Shown here: one piece after another, positions 53,245-62,531 of the stretch
Position numbering within the stretch: the first letter of the stretch is position 1
How the letters are laid out: every line of letters begins with the position of its first letter
Sequence record: NC_110934.1
Origin: Klebsiella phage KPP2018
DNA: 64,000 nt
Direction: 5' to 3' (one strand)
The notes under the pieces: generated by a model
The model's database searches: none
Seen by the model: only the letters and a program-made list of their open reading frames with translations
Told to the model about the DNA's origin: nothing
Translations under genes and position numbers: made by a program

Positions 53245-53637
53245 ATGGAACAAGTATATTGGCGTCAGATTGACCCTAGTTTGGTGAAACGTGCGGAGAA
53301 GCTGCTACAACGTTGGTTGGGGGTAGGACAAGCCTCCTTCACTTTTCCTGAGCAGCAAATAGATGACCCCTGTATTGGTGTTTTTCTATCCGGCTACGCG
53401 GGGGAATGGGAATTGGATTGGAATGAATTGTCTGCTATGGGCTTGATTGTTGCCCTAAACTTCTCTTTGTTCCACCCACGTGGTTTGGCCATATGTCGTG
53501 TGCCGGATGATGGTTGTTCGCCCCATCTTTTACAGGTGGAAGATGATATTTGGGAGTACACTCCAGGTATTCTCAAAGAAGCTAAAGAACAATTAAATCG
53601 TGTTGGGATTTATGTTCCAGGCCTAAATGATGAATGA
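53245..53637 (+). CDS. hypothetical protein (130 aa), paralog B
   Basis: DDPCIGVFL..WNELSAMGLIVALNFSLFHP..GIYVPGL; tandem duplicate of 52807-53235. Confidence 0.55.
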   Translation: MEQVYWRQIDPSLVKRAEKLLQRWLGVGQASFTFPEQQIDDPCIGVFLSGYAGEWELDWNELSAMGLIVALNFSLFHPRGLAICRVPDDGCSPHLLQVEDDIWEYTPGILKEAKEQLNRVGIYVPGLNDE

Positions 53638-53734
53638 CTTTTATTAGCTGAACTCTGATTACCGAGTCATTTTGGCTCGGTTTTATCCGTACTCAAGACC
53701 AATGCTAGCACCATCCGGAAAATTTTACTTGCAG

Positions 53735-53790
53735 GATGCCCAAAATCTTGATATAATATTTATATTGAATTGAGAGACATTAGTAAAAAT
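53735..53790 (+). promoter_or_regulatory. T5-type early promoter (..TTGCAG..TATAAT) + leader TATTTATATTGAATTGAGAGAC starting a ~470-nt untranslated leader
   Basis: ttacTTGCAGgatgcccaaaatcttgaTATAATatttatattgaattgagagac. Confidence 0.55.
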
Positions 53791-54255
53791 TGATTTTGCT
53801 AATTTTTCTTGTTTACAATCCGCGATACGGAACAGTTAGGCTGCCCCATTAAGGGTTGTTTTAACTATTACTAGTGTTTATATTGCATTAGTTAATCTTC
53901 AATTAAGTGATCTGTGTACCCTGAATTCGGAAAGGTAAATCCAAACCGTGCATATTTAGCTCGTTATATAGGCAGAGTTTTATATGGGGGTGCGAACGAA
54001 AAGAGCAGCGAATGGCGGCACGTACAGTAGTCACCTACCAATAGGATAGTGAGGACAAATAGAATCGGCTTAGCGGCCAATGACCTAGGTTCTATTCTGT
54101 ATATGAGCGAAGAGAGCACAGCACTGAGATATGATAACTTATTCATATTGCTTGATGATAATTGATGTTTACGTAAATAGTAGTAATAGTTGTTCTATTC
54201 TTTCTGAATAGTCCTAAAGAAAAGATTTTCGATTAACCAACACAGGAGTATTGTT

Positions 54256-57045
54256 GTGTTTTCTATTCTTCAAGGTCACGCCGGATTTTCTCGTGATTTA
54301 GCAACAGGTATTTGGCGAGAAATCAAAGCGGAAGATTATACCTTTGCCAAGCGATTCTCGAAAGAGCATCCAGAAGGTAAACCAGCCTCTATGCCCTTCA
54401 AATTTGATGTAATAGAAGAGCATGACCCGCAAAGCCTTGCCGAAATGTTACCACTTATGAGACGTTTAACGTCTGACCCTCATATCGTTGCGGTACGAGG
54501 TCGATGTCTTGCACCTAAAAATAATGTGCGACGTAAGAAAGGTAACTTTAATGTGTCTAACCCTAGCAATATTATTGCTATGGACGTGGATGGTATCCTA
54601 GATACCGGTGGGTACGACAAGTTTAATCTTGTAGGCATGGCCCGCCACATTATTAAGATGTTGAATAGTATTAGTGAGGACATGTTTCCTCTTGATGCAG
54701 GGTTTATTGCTCATGCATCGTCTTCGGCTGGCCTAAAACCAGGTATCCGAATGCACTTAATGCTAGAATCTAACGTCAAGGTAACTCAAGGTCAGTTAAA
54801 GTTCTTATTTACGTCTATCAATGATAGTAGTAAGCAAAAATTCGGTTTTGATATTGCCGACTTAGCTTATTATTCATCTGTCCAGCTTCACTATTTTGCC
54901 GACCCTTTATTTAGCGATGGTATTGTAGATCCGTTTAAAGCGGAGAGTAAGCCACGTCTGGTGTATGTTAAAGGTTCGAAGGTAAATTTGCCCAATAATC
55001 TGGTTGACTATGAAACAACTAGAGGAGAGTTTAAAGAGGAATTCTATTCCTTACTTGACCAAATTAAAGGCAAAAAGATCGCGTCTGATAAAGTAGAAGA
55101 AACCATCAGCGAATTGGAAGAAGCTGAGGATGGGGTGTACTTGCGTATTATCCCTAAACTCTATCATAGAGCTTTGGAGGATGGTGTTGATTTTGCATGG
55201 CTAGAAAAAGAAATTCGTCCAGCCTTATCAGAATATATTGCAACTAAAGATAATAGTCGCAATATTCAAGATTACTTTAATAATGGTCGTAAACAGGCTC
55301 TGAAAGCATTTGTTAATAATTCTAAACGTGAGATTCCATTAAATCTGAAAGGTGTTCCACTCAAGAAATTAGAAGTGGATTCTCCACCAGAAGTTCCATA
55401 CCTGAAGATCAACATTGTGCCCCCAAAAGGCCATATAACATTTGTTAAGGCAAGTCTTGGTACTGGTAAAACTACGGCAGTAACTAAATGGCTGGACGCA
55501 GGTGTTCTTCCTGGCAACTTTTTAGCAGTTACAAATACTAGAGCGCTGGTATCTTCAAATGCCAAGAAATTTAGTGCAGGACAATACGATAAGTCTGTAG
55601 ATATGCTCAACTTTAAACGTGGAGCTATTGATCGTATGTCCACAACTATTCACTCTTTGCATAAGTTCAAAAGTTTTATTGGTCAAATAGACACCATTTT
55701 TATTGATGAATGTGATGCTGTAATGAATGACCTATTATTCGCTCCCGTTGTTAAACAACGTCGCGAATGTATTCAAGTTCTACGTGACATCCTCATGACA
55801 GCTAAAACTGTAATTCTATCAGATGGTGATATTAGTGCTGAGACGATTGAAGCTTACGGTTCTCTAATTGATTTTGATAAGCCAGTTGCATTTTATAATC
55901 ATCACCGTAAGATGCTGTCAAAAGCTCATGCTTATGAGTTCCCTGATGAATCTAGTATTTGGGTTGCACTTCAGACTTCTCTAGAGATGGGTGAGAAATC
56001 TATCTTAGTATCCGACTGTGGGCCGGATGAACTGAATGAGAAGGGCATGGCACTGCGTCGTAATACGGGTGCGTTAGTTAAGGAAATCCACTCAAATTCT
56101 ACATCCGACGTAGATATTAGACGTATTCTGGATTACACAACTAATGAGCTAATTGATCAACAAATTGATTGCTTATTATGTAGTCCATCCGTAACTAGCG
56201 GTGTTGACTTCAACTATTTTGATAACGTATTCGTTATTACTAGAACCTCAAACCAAGCGCCAAACATGCGTTTTCAAGCAATCAGGCGCGACCGTGGCGC
56301 TCAGAACATTTATTATTTTATTGATAAATCTACGAGTGGATTCTCCGCAGGTTCTGAGCAATATAACATTGATGAAGGTTGGCTGGAGTTAGCACAGCAA
56401 TTATACGCACGTCGCAGGGAGCTGGAATCTAGAAACTATACTAGTACTCTACGCTATTACTTGCTTGATCAGGGTGCAACTATTGATATTTTCAGTGAAA
56501 GCTGGGGAACTATCGAAGGTGCTGGGAAGGAATATACGGAAGAGCGAATCAAAGCTATTTTATATTCAACTCCTGATTATTGTGCCCCACGTCATGCTGA
56601 TGCGTATGAAGCTAAACTACTTCTTGTTCGTTATTATCATCTTGAGTCTATTAAAGATGTAACAGTTGAGCATGTTGAACAGTATATCAAGGATAAACCG
56701 AATGATCGAGCGGCATTCTTCCATAAAATGCACGAGATGTTCTGGGAAGATATTAAGAAGTGTTCAAATGTCACTATCAAACCATTCATAGAAGCTCTGA
56801 AAGGTAAGAAGAAAGATTTCTTCCTTAAAACAGGTCAGAGTGCTAACCCAAAATATGCAAGAATGTATCTTGGTATGATGGGTATTGGCAAGGATATGAA
56901 CACGGAGAATATTGTAGACTGGTACAGGACTTATTGTAAAATCGAGTGTATGCCAATCCCATATAAGTTTATGACTGATGAGGAGAAACATATGCATGAT
57001 GAAGCAATGGCGGAGCTAGGTGCTAGAAATGACAGTGAAGAATAA
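54256..57045 (+). CDS. large early ATPase (929 aa) with Walker A SLGTGKTT and DECD box; candidate replication-origin-binding/helicase-like protein; GTG (or TTG 54253) start
   Basis: RBS AGGAG upstream of non-ATG start; P-loop at aa ~405, FIDECD Walker B. Confidence 0.6.
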   Translation: MFSILQGHAGFSRDLATGIWREIKAEDYTFAKRFSKEHPEGKPASMPFKFDVIEEHDPQSLAEMLPLMRRLTSDPHIVAVRGRCLAPKNNVRRKKGNFNVSNPSNIIAMDVDGILDTGGYDKFNLVGMARHIIKMLNSISEDMFPLDAGFIAHASSSAGLKPGIRMHLMLESNVKVTQGQLKFLFTSINDSSKQKFGFDIADLAYYSSVQLHYFADPLFSDGIVDPFKAESKPRLVYVKGSKVNLPNNLVDYETTRGEFKEEFYSLLDQIKGKKIASDKVEETISELEEAEDGVYLRIIPKLYHRALEDGVDFAWLEKEIRPALSEYIATKDNSRNIQDYFNNGRKQALKAFVNNSKREIPLNLKGVPLKKLEVDSPPEVPYLKINIVPPKGHITFVKASLGTGKTTAVTKWLDAGVLPGNFLAVTNTRALVSSNAKKFSAGQYDKSVDMLNFKRGAIDRMSTTIHSLHKFKSFIGQIDTIFIDECDAVMNDLLFAPVVKQRRECIQVLRDILMTAKTVILSDGDISAETIEAYGSLIDFDKPVAFYNHHRKMLSKAHAYEFPDESSIWVALQTSLEMGEKSILVSDCGPDELNEKGMALRRNTGALVKEIHSNSTSDVDIRRILDYTTNELIDQQIDCLLCSPSVTSGVDFNYFDNVFVITRTSNQAPNMRFQAIRRDRGAQNIYYFIDKSTSGFSAGSEQYNIDEGWLELAQQLYARRRELESRNYTSTLRYYLLDQGATIDIFSESWGTIEGAGKEYTEERIKAILYSTPDYCAPRHADAYEAKLLLVRYYHLESIKDVTVEHVEQYIKDKPNDRAAFFHKMHEMFWEDIKKCSNVTIKPFIEALKGKKKDFFLKTGQSANPKYARMYLGMMGIGKDMNTENIVDWYRTYCKIECMPIPYKFMTDEEKHMHDEAMAELGARNDSEE

Positions 57046-57262
57046 AAAATGGGAAACAAGGAAGTTTCCAGTAAAAGAACGTAAAGTTCCTGTTTACGAC
57101 ACTTCGGAAAAGCTATGTAGGGTGGTACCGCATAGATTAGCTGGCATCCCTAACATATCCGAGTGGTTACTTAAACAACGGAAAACTAACGTGTCTCTTC
57201 GCATCGGCTTTGAGTTAGATAAAGTCTATGCTGAACTTGCTTCTTTGCTCAAGGAATCGTAA
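57020..57262 (+). CDS. hypothetical protein (80 aa)
   Basis: ORF track; overlaps end of upstream gene. Confidence 0.45.
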   Translation: MLEMTVKNKKWETRKFPVKERKVPVYDTSEKLCRVVPHRLAGIPNISEWLLKQRKTNVSLRIGFELDKVYAELASLLKES

Positions 57263-57332
57263 AAATTTATTTGCATATTGCAAAAAATTTCTGTATAATA
57301 GATTCATAAATTTGAGAGAGAGGAGTTTAAAT

Positions 57333-58037
57333 ATGGCTGGTTCTCGTAGAAAGAAACATATCCATGAAATCCCAGATGAAGTCTTTAAAAAGGTTATAGA
57401 GCATCTGGAGAACGGTGGTACTAAGAAAGCAGCATGTGAAATGCTCGGCGTATCCTCCAATCCAACTATGGAAAGGATGATTGAAGAGTGGCAAGATCGC
57501 CAAATTCAAGTTGCCGAAATGAAGAAAAAGAAACGTGGCACACTCATTGAAGGCATTGAGTTAGCTAACGTTATTGAGCAGTATTTATCCGGTGATTCTT
57601 TCGAAGAAATTGCCGATCGTAATTACCGCTCTGTAGCAATGGTTAAATCCGTTCTGGAACGATATGGTGCTCTACTTCGTTTGAACGATATTGTAGATCC
57701 ATTAAATCCTCCAATTATTCCTGATGATGCTGTAGCAGAAGAGTTTGCAGTTGGTGAGCTTGTTTGGGTTCCTGGATACCAGTGTATCGGTGAAATCAAA
57801 AAAGCAATGGATAATCCCGTTGGTTGTTACCGTGTATGGCTTTTATCAGAGGGCAAACAACAGAACGTTCATTATATGAATTACGAGCTGGCCTCTGTTA
57901 AACATCTGGAAAAGTTAGGGGTTGACGTAAAATCTCTAGGGTACAAGTGGACTCGTGAAGAAATTATTACGTTGATTAACGAAGCTGTTAAGGCTGCCCT
58001 GAAACTTGATAAAGAAAAAGGAAAACGCCGTGAGTAA
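57333..58037 (+). CDS. putative HTH DNA-binding early protein (234 aa)
   Basis: ORF track 57228-58037; true start ATG 57333 after conserved leader ..ATAAATTTGAGAGAGAGGAGTTTAAAT. Confidence 0.55.
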   Translation: MAGSRRKKHIHEIPDEVFKKVIEHLENGGTKKAACEMLGVSSNPTMERMIEEWQDRQIQVAEMKKKKRGTLIEGIELANVIEQYLSGDSFEEIADRNYRSVAMVKSVLERYGALLRLNDIVDPLNPPIIPDDAVAEEFAVGELVWVPGYQCIGEIKKAMDNPVGCYRVWLLSEGKQQNVHYMNYELASVKHLEKLGVDVKSLGYKWTREEIITLINEAVKAALKLDKEKGKRRE

Positions 58038-58260
58038 GCTAACAGATTTGCTTAAAGATGGAGATGTAAAATATCTCCAACGGGATAGCTGGGAAAATAA
58101 TAAATACTTTACAGTGGTTTTAGAATTTAACGTAGAGCAGGGTACAGTGACCGAACATGTGTGGGAGAACGGTATGGAATCCCCACTTATCCGTCAAGTA
58201 AACCTTACCCTAGACGAGGCTCTGGCTGACGATTGGGAGATTGTTGAACCAGATGTGTAG
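58006..58260 (+). CDS. hypothetical protein (84 aa)
   Basis: ORF track. Confidence 0.5.
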   Translation: MIKKKENAVSKLTDLLKDGDVKYLQRDSWENNKYFTVVLEFNVEQGTVTEHVWENGMESPLIRQVNLTLDEALADDWEIVEPDV

Positions 58261-58366
58261 CAATTACCGAAAAATTTCAGTTGCTTAATCCTATAATTCT
58301 TGATATAATATTCTCATAGTTTGAAAGAACTATTCTGTTTAATTCTTAATTAAGGAAATATAAAAT

Positions 58367-58777
58367 ATGACTACTCCAACTCAGTGGACTGATGAACTGT
58401 TCGAAAAAATGTCTTCCGAATACGTTGCTCGTATGGAGCAATTCCCAGAGGATGAACGTCCGGGTGTTAGCATGGAAATTGTTAGCGAAATTGCCCAGGA
58501 AAATGGTGTAACTCCGAACGGTTTTCGTATGAAGCTGACTAAAGCAGGTTTGTATATTAAGAAAGCTGCTGGCTCTGCTTCTAAATCTAGCGCATCTACT
58601 GGAGAAAAAGCTTCTGGTGGTTCTCGTACTTCCAAAGCCCAAGCTCATGCCGATCTTCGTTCAGCATTCTCTGATGCTGGCCTAGCACCCGATTTTCTGG
58701 ATGATGCAATTATCGACAAACTGACCGGTAAAGCGGCCGCTCATCTGGCAGAAGCAATCCGAGCTATCACTAAGTAA
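58367..58777 (+). CDS. hypothetical protein (136 aa) with Ser/Ala-rich linker
   Basis: ORF track; RBS AAGGAA. Confidence 0.55.
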   Translation: MTTPTQWTDELFEKMSSEYVARMEQFPEDERPGVSMEIVSEIAQENGVTPNGFRMKLTKAGLYIKKAAGSASKSSASTGEKASGGSRTSKAQAHADLRSAFSDAGLAPDFLDDAIIDKLTGKAAAHLAEAIRAITK

Positions 58778-58813
58778 TTTTTAGATAAATCCACCAACAA
58801 AAGGAATACAGTT

Positions 58814-59110
58814 ATGACCAAAGCTGAAATTATCGCACAATGTGAAAAATTTGGTGAGTTTTATCTTCATTACGAGAAACTTCGTCAGAAAGGAACTACG
58901 TACCTTCAGGGTACGATGGAATTTGATCCAGCCCAAGATAAATATCTGGCTGAGCGTATTAAACGTGAACGTATTCGTAAAGCGAAAGATGATGAGATCC
59001 TTGTCTTCTCTCGTACTAATGATAGCTTCCGTTTTATTCCTGTCGAGAAAGTCCGTCGTGTGACTAGCCTCCAATCAGAGTTAGATCGTGCTTCTCCAGT
59101 AGGCCGATAA
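58814..59110 (+). CDS. hypothetical basic protein (98 aa)
   Basis: ORF track; RBS AAGGAA. Confidence 0.55.
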   Translation: MTKAEIIAQCEKFGEFYLHYEKLRQKGTTYLQGTMEFDPAQDKYLAERIKRERIRKAKDDEILVFSRTNDSFRFIPVEKVRRVTSLQSELDRASPVGR

Positions 59111-59160
59111 GAAACCAATTAGCCCCTATATGGGGCTTTTTGTGTATTTGGGATATGTAA

Positions 59161-59469
59161 ATGAGCGAACAGGTAAATCAAAACTATGAAGGACACGTTG
59201 ATGACCAGTCCATCATACTTTGGGAGAAGGAGGGAGAACAAGTAAGATTAACAGTATCTGAATTTCGTGGGAATCTATACATGGGTATTCGTTACTGGCT
59301 TCTTGATATTAATGATGAATGGTTTCCAACGAAATCTGGCTTCTCTTTTCCTTACACCCTAGAAACAACATCACAGCTTTTCTATGCGTTTACACAGATT
59401 CTTAGCGAATCTGAGGTTTTACATGAAGTACAGAAACGAGCTGAAGAACTCAAAGCCAAGAATGCCTAG
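59161..59469 (+). CDS. hypothetical protein (102 aa)
   Basis: ORF track. Confidence 0.55.
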   Translation: MSEQVNQNYEGHVDDQSIILWEKEGEQVRLTVSEFRGNLYMGIRYWLLDINDEWFPTKSGFSFPYTLETTSQLFYAFTQILSESEVLHEVQKRAEELKAKNA

Positions 59470-59554
59470 TTCTTGGCTTTTTCTTTATAAATGTATTTGC
59501 TTTCAACTCAGTTTTGTTATATAATATTTATATAAATTGATGAGAGGATCAATT

Positions 59555-59743
59555 ATGAACATAACACTTCCAAAAATTCAAGCAAAGTTAAACCTATTAT
59601 CGAATGCTAGAAATAACTATCTAGATAACTTTGGCGGAATCAACGATAAAGCGTACAAAGATGCGTGGTTGAAAGAAGCGCAAGAGTTAGCCGATCTCAC
59701 TACTCAGTATAATAAAGAACTACAGGTAGAAATGAATGACTAA
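59555..59743 (+). CDS. hypothetical coiled-coil protein (62 aa)
   Basis: ORF track 59537-; true start ATG 59555 after conserved leader ..ATAAATTGATGAGAGGATCAATT. Confidence 0.5.
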   Translation: MNITLPKIQAKLNLLSNARNNYLDNFGGINDKAYKDAWLKEAQELADLTTQYNKELQVEMND

Positions 59744-60707
59744 TGTAAAAGACTTTATTAAACGTTGTCAAGAAGCGTATTACCAGGGAATGTCTTTAAT
59801 CTCTGACGAAGAATATGATCGTCTGATTAAAAGATTCCCGTTAGAAGAAGAGATCGGGCCTAAGGGTGATATCCCACATCTGTATCGTATGTATTCTTTA
59901 CAGAAAGTTTATTATAATCGTGGGGATAAACCTCCGTTTAACCCATTAGGTCAGGTAGAAACTGATAAGTTAGATGGTTGTGCGATTTCTCTGTTATATA
60001 TTAATGGCGAATTTGTTCAAGCACTAACTCGTGGTAATGGCATTCTAGGGAATGATGTCACAAGCAACGTAAGATTGCTGAATATCCCTAAAAAGATTTC
60101 CCAAAAAGTACCTACTCAAATCACTGGCGAAGTTCTAATTACAAAAGAAGTAGAAAATAAACGTAACTTTGCCTCTGGTGCTATTAACCTCAAAGATAGC
60201 GATGATTTCGTACAACGTATCGGGGAAGGTGGTTTAATCTTTGTTGCATACGGTATCCAGTGTTCTGCTGAATCTGTAGGTATTACAGAATCGTATTTAA
60301 AAGATATGCTTTGGCTAGAGAATGAGAACTTCTTAACAGTTGTTAATGTGCGTTCCTTCTTTAAATGGATTCCGACGGATGGTAAAGTTGTTCGTATTAA
60401 TGACAACAACAAATTCTTCCGAGAAGGCTGGACTAATAAATTCCCTCGTGGAGCATTCGCTATTAAAGAGGATGAAGAAGGCGAGATTACAACTCTTACT
60501 AAAGTTGAGTGGCAGGTAGGGGCTTCTGGTAAAGTAACTCCAGTTGGTTATTTCGAACCGGTAATTATTGATGATGCTACAATTGTTAAAGCGACTCTTA
60601 ATAACGTTGATTATATTAACTCTCTCGATCTAGAGATCGGTTGCCAGATTCGAGTAATTCGTGCTGGTGGTGTAATTCCGTGCATAGTAGAGCGAGTATA
60701 CGATTAA
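59736..60707 (+). CDS. ligA: NAD-dependent DNA ligase, N-terminal part (adenylation + OB-fold domains)
   Basis: KxDG adenylation motif in TDKLDGCAI, TRGNG motif; ends after OB domain. Confidence 0.85.
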   Translation: MTNVKDFIKRCQEAYYQGMSLISDEEYDRLIKRFPLEEEIGPKGDIPHLYRMYSLQKVYYNRGDKPPFNPLGQVETDKLDGCAISLLYINGEFVQALTRGNGILGNDVTSNVRLLNIPKKISQKVPTQITGEVLITKEVENKRNFASGAINLKDSDDFVQRIGEGGLIFVAYGIQCSAESVGITESYLKDMLWLENENFLTVVNVRSFFKWIPTDGKVVRINDNNKFFREGWTNKFPRGAFAIKEDEEGEITTLTKVEWQVGASGKVTPVGYFEPVIIDDATIVKATLNNVDYINSLDLEIGCQIRVIRAGGVIPCIVERVYD

Positions 60708-60909
60708 TACATAACCCTTTGCTACCCATCTACCATATCGGAATTATAAAGTGGTTATTGACATTTTCGCCGCTTAGGTATATACTATTATCATTCAGTT
60801 GAGGGATAGAAAGTTATGGCGAGGGTAAGCAAAGTTAGTTAAAATTGTAGTTGCTAAATGCTTAAATACTTGCTATAATATTTATATAAATTGATAAGGA
60901 AGAAATTTG

Positions 60910-61689
60910 ATGAAAATCGAAATTCCAACACAATGTCCCTCTTGTGGTTCTAAGCTAGATCTTGTCAACGGACAATTATTCTGTAGGAATAAGTCCAACT
61001 GTCCAGCGCAATCAAGTAAGTTAATTGAGAACTTCTGCACAAAAATGAAGTTAAAGGGCTTTGGCCCAAAAACTATTGAGAAGCTGGAGCTGACGAAGAT
61101 TTCAGAACTATTTTACCTAACCGAAGAAGCTTTGGTTAGAGCCGTGGGTAGCAAGGTTGCCGCTAAGTTAATTAGCGAATTAAATACTAAAGTTCGCGGA
61201 GACATTGACTTTGGTTCAGTTCTCGGTTCTTTAGGAATCCCTCTAATTGGAGAGGTTGCAGCAAAGAAATTATCCCAAAATTGCACTAGCTTCCACGATG
61301 TGAAGGCTGACGGCAAGGCTGGAGAAAATTATAAAGCCTGGCTAAATTCCCCACAAGGCAAGGATGTTATCGAACTACCGTGGAAATTCTCAAATGGTAT
61401 TAAGGGTGCTAAAACTGACATCATCATTACAGATGAATTAGTTGCCCAGCCAAACGGAATCGCGGTATGTATTACCGGATCTTTGCAAGATTTTGCAAAT
61501 AGAACGGATGCAACAAACTATTTAGAAAGTCTAGGGTATACGGTTAAGAAATCCGTTACTAGAGACGTCAAATACCTAATCTGTGAGGATGAATCAAAAC
61601 GTTCTTCCTCATCTTATAAGAAAGCCGAAACGAATGGGATAGAAATCCTGTCGATTAAAGAACTATTGGAGAAAAATAATAATGTCTAA
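60910..61689 (+). CDS. ligA: NAD-dependent DNA ligase, C-terminal part (C4 Zn-finger, HhH, BRCT)
   Basis: CPSCGS..CRNKSNCPAQ zinc finger at N-terminus, GFGPKT HhH, C-terminal BRCT-like; own promoter/leader in 60710-60909. Confidence 0.85.
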   Translation: MKIEIPTQCPSCGSKLDLVNGQLFCRNKSNCPAQSSKLIENFCTKMKLKGFGPKTIEKLELTKISELFYLTEEALVRAVGSKVAAKLISELNTKVRGDIDFGSVLGSLGIPLIGEVAAKKLSQNCTSFHDVKADGKAGENYKAWLNSPQGKDVIELPWKFSNGIKGAKTDIIITDELVAQPNGIAVCITGSLQDFANRTDATNYLESLGYTVKKSVTRDVKYLICEDESKRSSSSYKKAETNGIEILSIKELLEKNNNV

Positions 61690-62449
61690 ACTGAACTGGA
61701 ACGTAGAAGGTGTAACCGAGTCTCTGAAAGCAAAAGCCACTGCTCTGGGTGTTGCTGTAATCTCTCAAGAACAAGTAGCTGCTATCGCTGCTGAACTGGC
61801 TGCTGAAACTGGCAAAGATGTTACTGCTCGCTCTGTTGGCTCTAAACTGCGTAAAGAAGGTTTTGAAGTACAAAAAGCTAACGAAGTGCAGAAATCTCCG
61901 TGGACTCCTGAGCAGGAAGCTGAACTGGTTGATTTCCTGAACGCTCATGCTGGTCAGTATACCTATGCTGAAATCGCTGCTGCTGTAGCTGGTGGTCAGT
62001 TTGGTGCTAAGCAGGTACAGGGTAAGATTCTGAGTCTGGAAATGACCGCTTCTGTTAAGCCAACCGAAAAAGCTGCTGCTGTTCGTTCCTTTACTCCGGA
62101 TGAAGAAACTGATTTTGTTAATCAGGTTGTTGCTGGTGCTACTATTGAAGCTATCGCTGCTCACTTCGGTCGCAATATTAAGCAGATCCGTGGTAAAGCT
62201 CTGAGTCTGCTTCGTGAAGGTCGTATTGCTGCTATGCCGGTACAGGAAACTTCAAGTGCTAAAACTCGTGAAGATCTGTTAGAAGGCCTGGATCTGGTTA
62301 ACATGACTGTTGCTGAGATCGCTGAGAAAACTGGTAAGTCTGAGCGTGGTGTTAAATCTATGCTGTCTCGTCGTGGTCTGGTTGCTAAGGACTATGATGG
62401 TGCCGCTAAGCGTGCTAAACTGGATGCAAAAGCTGCGGCTGCTGAATAA
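61682..62449 (+). CDS. Ala-rich early protein with internal ~100-aa duplication (255 aa)
   Basis: Two similar segments (..EIAAAVAGGQFGAKQVQGKILSLE.. / ..IEAIAAHFGRNIKQIRGKALSLL..). Confidence 0.55.
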   Translation: MSKLNWNVEGVTESLKAKATALGVAVISQEQVAAIAAELAAETGKDVTARSVGSKLRKEGFEVQKANEVQKSPWTPEQEAELVDFLNAHAGQYTYAEIAAAVAGGQFGAKQVQGKILSLEMTASVKPTEKAAAVRSFTPDEETDFVNQVVAGATIEAIAAHFGRNIKQIRGKALSLLREGRIAAMPVQETSSAKTREDLLEGLDLVNMTVAEIAEKTGKSERGVKSMLSRRGLVAKDYDGAAKRAKLDAKAAAAE

Positions 62450-62531
62450 TCTGGTAAATTAAACCTAAGGGGAGGGGGCTATGCTCCTTCCCCTTTTTGC
62501 ATTTAGAAGGCACGAAAGCGTGCAAAGGAGA

